A DNA stretch of 64,000 bases from Bacillota bacterium (GTDB taxonomy: Bacteria; Bacillota; Clostridia; Christensenellales; DTU072), in contig JAEXAB010000004.1 in the NCBI GenBank assembly GCA_023394875.1, positions 135,108-199,107 of the forward strand. Direction: 5' to 3'. This document shows positions 48,338-57,082 of the stretch, piece by piece. The notes beneath the pieces are model-generated. The model had not been told where the DNA came from and made no database searches. It saw nothing but the letters and a program-made list of their open reading frames with translations. The translations under genes and the position numbers were made by a program. The first letter of the stretch is position 1. Each line of letters begins with the position of its first letter.

Positions 48338-50692
48338 ATGCGCAATAAGACCTTAAAAGCTTTAGAATATGACAAAATACTGCAAAAGGTAGCTTTTTTT
48401 GCCTGTTCTGCCAGCGCAAAAAGCCTTATAAGCGAAATTCGCCCCATGCAGGATATAGAAAAAATAACCCAAACTCTTAACGAAGTGGAAGAAGCCGACA
48501 AAATACTTTTTGAATACGCCATAAATCCCACTCTGAGCTTTGACGATATAACCAATGCATTAGAAAGGGCAAACGTACTAAGTATGCTTACAATGGGAGA
48601 GCTGTTGCGAATTGAGAGAGTTTTGCGTATTTCCAGAACCTTGCAAGCGCAAATTTTGAAAGTACCCGACGAAAATATAAAAATTCTCAAGGCTCTTGCA
48701 AAATCTATTTATATAAACAAGCAATTGGAAGACGATATTAATAAAGCAATCTTGTCGGAAACGGAAATGAGCGACGATGCTTCGCCCGAATTGCGAAACA
48801 TTAGGGCAAGAATGCGGAAAATAAGCGACAATATAAAGTCAAAATTGTCTTCTTACGTAAATTCTTCGGCGTATTCCAAATATATTCAGGACAATATAAT
48901 TACCGTAAGGAACGACCGCTATGTTGTGCCGTTAAAAGCCGAATATAAAGGCATGATACCCGGACTAATTCACGACCAAAGCGCGTCTGGGGCTACCTTG
49001 TACGTTGAGCCCATGGCAATTGTGGAAATGAACAACGACCTAAAAACCTCAATGCTTGAAGAAAGCGTGGAGATAGAAAGGATTTTGCGGGAATTTACCT
49101 TCCGCATAAGCAGTGAAGTGGGTTTGATTAAATATACCTTCTCTGTAATAACCAGATTGGACGTTATTTTTGCCAAAGCGCACTACGCAAGCAGCATAAA
49201 AGCAGTCAAACCGATTTTCAATAACAATGGATATATCAATATTCAAAAAGGAAGACACCCCCTAATCGACAAGGATAAAGTAATCAGTAACTCCGTCCAC
49301 TTGGGCAGAGATTTTAACTTATTATTGATAACAGGCCCCAATACAGGCGGTAAAACGGTCTGTCTAAAGCTAGTCGGCTTATTGGAGCTTATGGGTATGA
49401 GTGGTTTGTTTGTACCAGCACTTTATGCCGAACTTGCTTGCTTTGACAACGTTTTTTCGGATATTGGGGACGAACAGAGCATAGAGCAGAACCTTTCTAC
49501 GTTCAGTTCTCATATGAAAAACGTAGTTAATATAATAGCCGAACTTACCACCAACACATTGGTACTTTTTGACGAACTTGGCGCGGGAACAGATCCTACC
49601 GAGGGAGCGAGCCTTGCCCTTAGCATATCCGAATACATCCTAAAAATGAACGCCAAAGCCATCATAACGACACATTATAACGAACTTAAAGAGTTTGCTG
49701 TGGTCACAGACGGAGTGCAAAACGCCTCAATGGATTTTGACCCGAACACTTATTCTCCCACTTATCATTTAATAATCGGCGCGCCCGGCGCAAGCAACGC
49801 CCTTTTGATAGCCGAAAAACTGGGACTAAAAAAGGAAATTGTAGAAAAGGCGCGTGAAGGCATAAGTAGTCAAAAGTTTGAGTTTGAAAACGTACTGCTT
49901 TCTTTGGAAAAAGCAAGGAAAGATGCCGAAAGTAACTTAACTGAAACCGAAAGGATTAAGAAAGAAAATGCCGAAATGCTGAAAAAGACAGAGGCGGAAA
50001 GAGAAAAACTGTTTGCGCAGAGAGAAAGGCTCAATCAATCGGTAAAAAAAGAAATGAAAAGGCTTGTTGAAGAGGCGATGGAGGAAGCCAACGAAATTAT
50101 CGAAGAACTGCGTGAACTTCTTGACAATCCCGACGAAAGCACAGTTTTTAAAGCCCAAAAACTTAGAAAATCCCTCAAGAAATACGTTATTGACGAAGAA
50201 AACGAATTCCAAGGCTTCGGAGAGGAGCTTGGCGGAGAAATTGCCGTAGGGGACTGGGTTCTTGTTAAGAGCCTCAATTCCGAAGGGGAAGTAGTTAACC
50301 TCAATCCGATTAAGAAAGAAGCTAAAATCAAGCTGGGTAAGATGCTTACCAACGTAAGACTTGATAATTTACAGCGGTTAAAGCGCAAAAATAGAGAAGA
50401 AAAGCCCGAAAAAAGGGTAAATACAAAAATGGAGCTTTTCCGCGAGCAGGTCTCTCCCGAAATAAACCTTATCGGCAAAAACAGTGACGAGGCGTTGTAT
50501 ATGCTGGAAGAATACCTTGATAAATGCCTAAGGGTACATTTGCATGAAATAAGGATTATTCACGGCTATGGTGAGGGAATTTTGCGTAAAACGGTACAAA
50601 ACTTCCTAAGAACAAGAAAGGAAATAGAAAGCTACCGCGACGGTGGTTTCGACGAGGGCGGCAAAGGAGTTACTTATGCAATATTTAAGTAA
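48338..50692 (+). CDS. mutS2: endonuclease MutS2 (MutS domain plus C-terminal Smr)
   Basis: GPNTGGKT Walker A, LVLFDELGAGTDP, a coiled-coil middle region, and an Smr domain (LHEIRIIHGYGEGILR). Confidence 0.96.
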   Translation: MRNKTLKALEYDKILQKVAFFACSASAKSLISEIRPMQDIEKITQTLNEVEEADKILFEYAINPTLSFDDITNALERANVLSMLTMGELLRIERVLRISRTLQAQILKVPDENIKILKALAKSIYINKQLEDDINKAILSETEMSDDASPELRNIRARMRKISDNIKSKLSSYVNSSAYSKYIQDNIITVRNDRYVVPLKAEYKGMIPGLIHDQSASGATLYVEPMAIVEMNNDLKTSMLEESVEIERILREFTFRISSEVGLIKYTFSVITRLDVIFAKAHYASSIKAVKPIFNNNGYINIQKGRHPLIDKDKVISNSVHLGRDFNLLLITGPNTGGKTVCLKLVGLLELMGMSGLFVPALYAELACFDNVFSDIGDEQSIEQNLSTFSSHMKNVVNIIAELTTNTLVLFDELGAGTDPTEGASLALSISEYILKMNAKAIITTHYNELKEFAVVTDGVQNASMDFDPNTYSPTYHLIIGAPGASNALLIAEKLGLKKEIVEKAREGISSQKFEFENVLLSLEKARKDAESNLTETERIKKENAEMLKKTEAEREKLFAQRERLNQSVKKEMKRLVEEAMEEANEIIEELRELLDNPDESTVFKAQKLRKSLKKYVIDEENEFQGFGEELGGEIAVGDWVLVKSLNSEGEVVNLNPIKKEAKIKLGKMLTNVRLDNLQRLKRKNREEKPEKRVNTKMELFREQVSPEINLIGKNSDEALYMLEEYLDKCLRVHLHEIRIIHGYGEGILRKTVQNFLRTRKEIESYRDGGFDEGGKGVTYAIFK

Positions 50693-51161
50693 CTATACCT
50701 TGGAGTGTTTTGTAGATACCCATAAAAAAAGAGGTTACTTTTTAAGTAACTTATCTATGGTTTTCAAAATACTTTCGGTGCTGTCTTTAATAGGATTGTT
50801 CCTAAGTTTATACTTTCTTATACTTACTTTTGTTCTATGGACGTGCAGTATAATTATCAATTATTCCAAAAACAGACTGTTTTTTAGCTATAAGTATTCC
50901 ATTTATGGGGATACTTTGGAGATTATTAAGCAAGACTTAACCAACAAAAAAGAGGTGCTAGTCAGTATAAATTTAAGTGATATAAAAAGCTGCGAAATTA
51001 TAACCAATTGCGAAAATTACAGCAAAATATATTGCTGTGAAAGCACAAAAAACGGTTTTATGATAAATATTAAGACAGAAAAGGACGATTTCGTCATGCT
51101 ATCCGACGAATACATGTATAGTTTGATTTGTAAAATCAGTCAAGAGGAGAATGATAAATGA
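50676..51161 (+). CDS. hypothetical small membrane protein (two predicted TM helices)
   Basis: ATG 50676 with SD AAAGGAG (the track's GTG 50643 is less likely); a hydrophobic hairpin (FKILSVLSLIGLFLSLYFLILTFVLWTCSII) followed by a soluble domain; no family recognised. Confidence 0.5.
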   Translation: MQYLSNYTLECFVDTHKKRGYFLSNLSMVFKILSVLSLIGLFLSLYFLILTFVLWTCSIIINYSKNRLFFSYKYSIYGDTLEIIKQDLTNKKEVLVSINLSDIKSCEIITNCENYSKIYCCESTKNGFMINIKTEKDDFVMLSDEYMYSLICKISQEENDK

Positions 51162-52285
51162 TTTATCTTGATAACGCAGGCACAACCCGCGCGACGGAAG
51201 ATATAGCCGAAACTTATAAATATTATCTTACCGAGGAATTTCACAACCCTTCGGCGCCTTACCATCAAGCTTTAGAACTAAGTAAAGGTATAACTGCCGC
51301 AAAAGAAAAAATTCTGCGTCTTCTAAAGGGAAACGGCGGTATTGTTTTTACTTCCAGCGGTACAGAAAGCGATAATTTAGCACTTTTCGGCACAAAAAAG
51401 CCCAATGATTGCCGTATAATCGTTTCCAACAGCGAACATCCGGCCGTTTTTAACGCCGCAATGGAGCTAAAACAACGTGGTTACGACGTAATCTTTACCG
51501 AAGTTGATAATTATGGACGGGTTAATATAGACGCTTTCGAAAAAAATATGACCAAAGATACTTACCTTGTGTCCATAATGCACGTAAACAACGAAACAGG
51601 GGCGATAAATGATATTAAACAACTATGTGAGATAGCAAAACAAATCAATCCAAAAGTTATTTTCCACAGTGACGGTGTACAGGCAGCGGGCAAAATAAAA
51701 GTTTCTCTGTCTGACTTAGACGTCGACTTATACAGTTTTAGCGGCCATAAAATTCACGCTCCAAAAGGTGTAGGGGGATTATTTGTAAAAAGCGGAATAA
51801 ATCTCAAACCGCTTTTGTTCGGTGGGGGACAAGAAAACAATATACGTTCCTCAACGGAAAACGTTGCGGGAATAATGTGCCTTGCCAAAGCTTTAGAAAC
51901 AGCGGTAAATAATATTGAAGAAAATTATAAAAATACCGCATCGCTTAGGGATATTGTGCTTGATAAAATTGATAACGATAAGATTATTGCAATTAATAAT
52001 AATGAATGTTCTCCCTATATCCTCTGCCTTGCGCTGAAAAATATAAAAGGGGAGGTTATGCTCCATTCTTTGGAAAAACACGGAATTTTGATAGGTACAG
52101 GGAGCGCATGTTCCAGTAAAAAAAGTCACAAAAGATTACCGTCTATACTAAAACTCTCAAAAGAATATTCAGAAGGCATAATTAGGGTTAGTTTCTCAAG
52201 ATATAATACAAAAGACGACATAGAGTATTTTATTAATAAGCTTAATTTGGAATACTCTCAACTAATAAAATATGTAAGAGGATAA
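51158..52285 (+). CDS. cysteine desulfurase (class V aminotransferase, NifS/IscS-like)
   Basis: MIYLDNAGTT N-terminus, SFSGHKIHAPKGVGG PLP-lysine motif, GTGSACSS active-site Cys loop; precedes thiI. Confidence 0.92.
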   Translation: MIYLDNAGTTRATEDIAETYKYYLTEEFHNPSAPYHQALELSKGITAAKEKILRLLKGNGGIVFTSSGTESDNLALFGTKKPNDCRIIVSNSEHPAVFNAAMELKQRGYDVIFTEVDNYGRVNIDAFEKNMTKDTYLVSIMHVNNETGAINDIKQLCEIAKQINPKVIFHSDGVQAAGKIKVSLSDLDVDLYSFSGHKIHAPKGVGGLFVKSGINLKPLLFGGGQENNIRSSTENVAGIMCLAKALETAVNNIEENYKNTASLRDIVLDKIDNDKIIAINNNECSPYILCLALKNIKGEVMLHSLEKHGILIGTGSACSSKKSHKRLPSILKLSKEYSEGIIRVSFSRYNTKDDIEYFINKLNLEYSQLIKYVRG

Positions 52286-52287
52286 AA

Positions 52288-53448
52288 ATGGAACACACAA
52301 TTTTGATAAGAATAGGCGAACTTTTCTTAAAGGGAAACAATAAGAATTTATTTGTTGCGCAACTAAAATATAACATTGTTGAAGCGCTAGACGGCATAGT
52401 TTTTCAGTTTCTAAACGCCCAAAACCGCATGTATATTTCTAACTATAAAGAGGACGATGAGAAGGAAATTATTTCCCGTCTTACAAAAGTATTCGGCATT
52501 CACAGCATAAGCGCGGCGGTAAAACTAAGGACAGATCTTAACGAAATTTCAGCTAAGTGCGCCGAAATTTTTCCTAAGAATGGCAAATTCCGCGTAACCG
52601 TAAACCGCGCCGATAAGACTTTGCCAAAAACCTCAATGGAAATAGCCAAGCAAATAGGCGGATATATGCTATCCAATGCAAAAAACCTTGTTGTTGACCT
52701 ATTCGAATATGATTTTGAGGTAAATATCGATATAAGAGAAGATAAATACACCTATATTTTCTATGACAAGATACCTTGCGCAGGCGGACTTCCTGTTGGT
52801 TGCGGCGGTAAGGGTATGTTGTTGCTTTCGGGTGGAATCGATAGCCCTGTAGCCGGTTATATGATGGCAAAAAGGGGAGTAAAGGTCTATGCGGTACATT
52901 ATCACAGCTTCCCCTATACCAGCGAACAAGCCAAAGAAAAAGTTTTGAGCCTAGCTAAGAAAATATCGGCTTACTGCGGCAACGTGGAAGTGTCCGTTGT
53001 GCCTTTTACCGAAATTCAATACGCAATAAGAGAAAACTGCCCCATTGAGTATATGATTACTATGATGAGACGTTTTATGATGAGAATAGCCGAAAAAATT
53101 GCAAAAAATAAAGGCTGCGGAGCCTTACTGACCGGCGAAAGCCTAGGTCAGGTCGCAAGCCAGACTATGGAAAGCATTAACGTTACTAATTCTGTGGTAG
53201 ATATGCCTGTTTTCCGCCCCCTTATTGGCATGGATAAGTCGGATATTATAGAAATCGCAAGAAAAATAGATACTTACGAATTGAGCATACTCCCCTTTGA
53301 AGATTGCTGTACGGTATTTTTGCCAAAAAATCCTGTAATTAAGCCAAAAATTGATTTAGCAGAGGAATTTGAAACCCGTCTTAACATAGAAGAATTGATT
53401 GAAGAGGCGATAAAAAATACCGAAACAATAAATTGCTTTTTCAAGTAA
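52288..53448 (+). CDS. thiI: tRNA 4-thiouridine synthase ThiI (no rhodanese domain)
   Basis: IRIGELFLKG N-terminus, THUMP region, and LLSGGIDSPVAGY PP-loop. Confidence 0.95.
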   Translation: MEHTILIRIGELFLKGNNKNLFVAQLKYNIVEALDGIVFQFLNAQNRMYISNYKEDDEKEIISRLTKVFGIHSISAAVKLRTDLNEISAKCAEIFPKNGKFRVTVNRADKTLPKTSMEIAKQIGGYMLSNAKNLVVDLFEYDFEVNIDIREDKYTYIFYDKIPCAGGLPVGCGGKGMLLLSGGIDSPVAGYMMAKRGVKVYAVHYHSFPYTSEQAKEKVLSLAKKISAYCGNVEVSVVPFTEIQYAIRENCPIEYMITMMRRFMMRIAEKIAKNKGCGALLTGESLGQVASQTMESINVTNSVVDMPVFRPLIGMDKSDIIEIARKIDTYELSILPFEDCCTVFLPKNPVIKPKIDLAEEFETRLNIEELIEEAIKNTETINCFFK

Positions 53449-55660
53449 AAATAATTTTACTCTTAGAAAAACCTAGTCTTTCATTTTCCGAATATACTTC
53501 CAAATAATAAAGGTACACGTTACCTTCACTTGCCGTATTATCAAGAAAACTTTCTCCGCTTACTTCAAAATATACAGTTTCGTTAGTATAGACGTTTTCA
53601 CGCACCAAACAATAGTCCATTTCTTCGGCATGGATAAAAGAAATAAGATTACCTTGCGCGTTTTGTTCTACCAATAATTCTATTCTGTTAATATCAAAAT
53701 AAGCTGAATAATCCATTGGGCAGTTATCCAAAGAAAAAACTGCCGTTTTTCGGTATTTTTCGGGAGTATATTGAGTGGAAAGAAGCAATTGTTTATCTTT
53801 ATTTAATGCGAAAAGGTCAATTTCCAGCTCCACGATGTTTTCCGAAGCCTCAAAAGCTTTATTTTTTGGAACAGACAGCCTTTTATAGATATAGCTAGCA
53901 AGAATGGTAGGCATGCCCCCGCCCGTAGCGCTGATTGCATGTTCTTCGTTATTTTCTATTGCACCGTACCAAACGCAAAGGGTGTTTTCGGTAGTGTAAC
54001 TTACGCTCCAGGCATCAAGATTCTTGTCGGTATTTTTATAGCTTACAGTGCCTGTTTTGGCGGCTATATCATAAGAAAACTGATTTAATTTCCGCGCGGT
54101 GCCGTCCTTTACGGTGTTACATAGCATATTTGTCATAAGATATGCGGTATCTTGAGATATTACTTGCTTAGGTTGCGTTCCATTTTGAAAAATTATCCTT
54201 CCATTGGCGTCTTCTATGCGGGAAATGAAGCTGTTTTCTATAAAAAACCCACCGTTTGCCAAACACATATAAGCTTGAGTTAGTTCCAAATTAGTTACAC
54301 CGTATGTCATTCCCCCCAGAGCTAAAGCGTAGTTATTGTCCTTTTCGTCAAAACTGATACCCATTTTATTTGCTATTGCTTTGGAATAATCAAGTCCGTT
54401 TTCACTCAGCAGTTTTACTGCCACTGTATTAACCGAATTTTTAACGGCATCTTCAATCGATATCCATCCGTTATATACGTTTTTGTAATTATCGGGTGAG
54501 TAGCCGTTTATATCGAATTTTTCATCTAAAAATAACGTTTGAGTAGTTATATAGTTACTTTCCAGCGCCGGCGTATAAACCAAAATGGGCTTTATTGCAG
54601 AGCCGGGCTGGCGGCGGAAGGCAAAAACGTTATTATCGACGTTACTGTAATACGCCTTGACGCCACCGCTTAGGTTATCGCACAATATTGCCGAATAACC
54701 GCAGGCTTTGCCGTTTTTACTATATACTTCGTATTCCTTGGACATAAAAGCATCATAGAGTATTTTTTGGTCGTTTACTTTATAATAAGTATAAATTTTA
54801 TAATTGCTCTTAATAATTTCGTTTTCCGTCTTGTCAAGCAGGATTTTTGCTTGACTTAATACGTTTGCAAAATACGGAGAGCACATTTCGTTGACTTTAT
54901 TACCGCTATAAACATAATTCTGACTTATAGCTTCCTCATATTCCTTTTCTCCGATATAGTTTTGCTCCCGCATAAGACTTAATACTAGGTTTTTACGCTT
55001 ATTTGCTTTCTCAGGATTGGAAATAGGGGAATATTTAGCGGGATTTTTTACTATTCCGGCTAAAATAGCCGCTTCACTGACCGTCACGTCAATTGGCTCT
55101 TTGTCAAAATACGTTCTGCATGCGCAGTCGATTCCGTAAATACCATAGCCAAAATATATGGCGTTAAGATACATTTCCAAAATTTCTTCCTTGGTGTAGT
55201 TTTTTTCTATATCTCTAGCTAGCTTTAGTTCTTTTATCTTTCTTTTTAAGGTTTTTTCATTGGTAAGTTGGGTATTTTTTGCCAGTTGTTGAGTAATAGT
55301 AGAGCCGCCTTCTTTAATATATCGGTTCTTTATATTTTTATAGAGCGCGCCGAAAGTTCGGTAATAATCAACCCCTTTATGGTCAAAGAACCTTTTATCC
55401 TCCAAAGCCACAAAAGCCGAAATAATATTGGTAGAAATATCTTCGTAAGGGATATATCTGTTAAGTTTATTGTATTCGATAGCATTGTTATTGCTGTCAA
55501 AAAGCTGAACTTGAGCTTTTGCCGTAATTACTGCGTTTTTGTCGAGTTTAACAGAAAAATAGATGCTGCTAAAGGCAATAATAGCAACAAGTATTACAGA
55601 AATAAAGCTAATTAAGAATAATATCAATATCATTTTTAGATTTTTTTTGGTTCTGCTCAT
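53441..55660 (-). CDS. class A penicillin-binding protein (GT51 glycosyltransferase plus transpeptidase) with an uncharacterized C-terminal extension of about 150 aa
   Basis: GT51 motifs EDKRFFDHKGVD and GGSTITQQLAKN; transpeptidase motifs RQPGSAIKP (SxxK), SVN and KTGT; N-terminal TM anchor. Confidence 0.94.
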   Translation of the reverse strand: MSRTKKNLKMILILFLISFISVILVAIIAFSSIYFSVKLDKNAVITAKAQVQLFDSNNNAIEYNKLNRYIPYEDISTNIISAFVALEDKRFFDHKGVDYYRTFGALYKNIKNRYIKEGGSTITQQLAKNTQLTNEKTLKRKIKELKLARDIEKNYTKEEILEMYLNAIYFGYGIYGIDCACRTYFDKEPIDVTVSEAAILAGIVKNPAKYSPISNPEKANKRKNLVLSLMREQNYIGEKEYEEAISQNYVYSGNKVNEMCSPYFANVLSQAKILLDKTENEIIKSNYKIYTYYKVNDQKILYDAFMSKEYEVYSKNGKACGYSAILCDNLSGGVKAYYSNVDNNVFAFRRQPGSAIKPILVYTPALESNYITTQTLFLDEKFDINGYSPDNYKNVYNGWISIEDAVKNSVNTVAVKLLSENGLDYSKAIANKMGISFDEKDNNYALALGGMTYGVTNLELTQAYMCLANGGFFIENSFISRIEDANGRIIFQNGTQPKQVISQDTAYLMTNMLCNTVKDGTARKLNQFSYDIAAKTGTVSYKNTDKNLDAWSVSYTTENTLCVWYGAIENNEEHAISATGGGMPTILASYIYKRLSVPKNKAFEASENIVELEIDLFALNKDKQLLLSTQYTPEKYRKTAVFSLDNCPMDYSAYFDINRIELLVEQNAQGNLISFIHAEEMDYCLVRENVYTNETVYFEVSGESFLDNTASEGNVYLYYLEVYSENERLGFSKSKIIFT

Positions 55661-55715
55661 AACGCTAGTATGTCGTTATGCATATAAAATATTTATTGTT
55701 TATGCGCGCTTATTC

Positions 55716-55744
55716 TTGCGTAACAAAATAATTTACTATATAAT
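55716..55744 (+). promoter_or_regulatory. sigma-A-type promoter TTGCGT-17-TATAAT abutting the miaB start
   Basis: TTGCGT at 55716-55721, 17-nt spacer, TATAAT at 55739-55744. ATG 55754 lies 10 nt after the -10, with no SD. Confidence 0.6.
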
Positions 55745-55753
55745 ATATTCACT

Positions 55754-57082
55754 ATGGAAAAACAATATTATATATATACATACGGCTGTCAAATGAACGT
55801 TCACGAGTCCGAAAAACTCGCGGGAATGCTTCAAAATATAGGCTATACTTCCAGTGCGGAAGTGAAAAACGCCGATATAATCTTATTTAATACCTGTTGT
55901 ATCCGCGATACCGCCGAGAAAAAAATTCTTGGCAATATCGGCGATATAAAACAATTAAAGAAGAAAAATCCCGACCTTATTGTAGCAATTGTGGGCTGTA
56001 TGACCCAACAGGAAGGTATGGCGGAGAATCTTCATACCAAATTCCCGTACATTAACATAGTTTTAGGCACCGACAATCTTAATAAACTGCCGGAACTGGT
56101 TGAAAATATTGCAAATAAGAGAACAAAATTCGATTATAAAATCAATTCCGACCCATTAAGGGATATTAACGAGGATATTCCCGTATTCAGAACCAGCGGA
56201 ACCAACGCTTGGGTTAATATCATGTATGGTTGTAATAATTTCTGCACTTATTGTATTGTTCCTTACGTTAGGGGCAGAGAACGGAGTAGAAAACCTTCCT
56301 TAATTATTGACGACGTAAAGAGATTAATTGATAACGGTTATAAAGAAATAACCCTTTTAGGGCAAAACGTTGACTCTTATAAGTACGTAACCGAAACTAA
56401 AGAGTACAATTTTGTAGCTATTTTGGAAGAAATTGCCAAAATAGATGCCAAATTCCGCCTTAGATTTATGACCTCACATCCTAAGGACTTCCATAGCGGT
56501 GTTATTGATATAATAAAATCGTGTGACAATATCTGTAATAATATCCACTTGCCAGTACAAGCCGGCAGCGATCGGATATTAAAATTAATGAACAGGCATT
56601 ATACCCGCGAAAGATACTTAGATATCGTGCAGGAAATTTACGAAAAGCTGCCCACCGTAGGCTTAACTTCGGATATTATGGTAGGTTTCCCGACCGAAAC
56701 GGACGAAGACTTCATAGACACCCTTGATTTAGTAAAAAAAGTGCGTTTCAGTAACGCTTTTACCTTTGTTTATTCGCCGAGAAAAGGCACCGCCGCCGCA
56801 AAAATGGAGCAGGTACCGTCTGCCATTAAAAAGGAAAGAATAACCAAGCTTGTCGCCTTGCAAAATTCCATTTCTGCGGAAATCAGCCAGACTTATATTG
56901 GCAAAACCGAAGAAATTTTGATAGAAGACGTCAACAAAAAGAAAGAAAATTACGTTTGCGGAAGAACGGAAAGCGGCAGACTGGTTAACTTCGATGGCAA
57001 AAATCATAACTTGGGAGAATTCGTTAAAGTAAAAATTACTTCGACAAAATCATCTTCTTTATGGGGGGAAATTGATGGATAA
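55754..57082 (+). CDS. miaB: tRNA-2-methylthio-N6-dimethylallyladenosine synthase
   Basis: YIYTYGCQMN UPF0004 N-terminus, radical-SAM CNNFCTYCIVP, and a C-terminal TRAM domain. Confidence 0.97.
   Translation: MEKQYYIYTYGCQMNVHESEKLAGMLQNIGYTSSAEVKNADIILFNTCCIRDTAEKKILGNIGDIKQLKKKNPDLIVAIVGCMTQQEGMAENLHTKFPYINIVLGTDNLNKLPELVENIANKRTKFDYKINSDPLRDINEDIPVFRTSGTNAWVNIMYGCNNFCTYCIVPYVRGRERSRKPSLIIDDVKRLIDNGYKEITLLGQNVDSYKYVTETKEYNFVAILEEIAKIDAKFRLRFMTSHPKDFHSGVIDIIKSCDNICNNIHLPVQAGSDRILKLMNRHYTRERYLDIVQEIYEKLPTVGLTSDIMVGFPTETDEDFIDTLDLVKKVRFSNAFTFVYSPRKGTAAAKMEQVPSAIKKERITKLVALQNSISAEISQTYIGKTEEILIEDVNKKKENYVCGRTESGRLVNFDGKNHNLGEFVKVKITSTKSSSLWGEIDG

Noticed and set aside
53441-55660. The minus-strand protein-coding gene considered as a sign of an inserted island
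   Set aside because: It encodes a core class A PBP with composition similar to its neighbours. No flanking repeats, integrase or tRNA are present.
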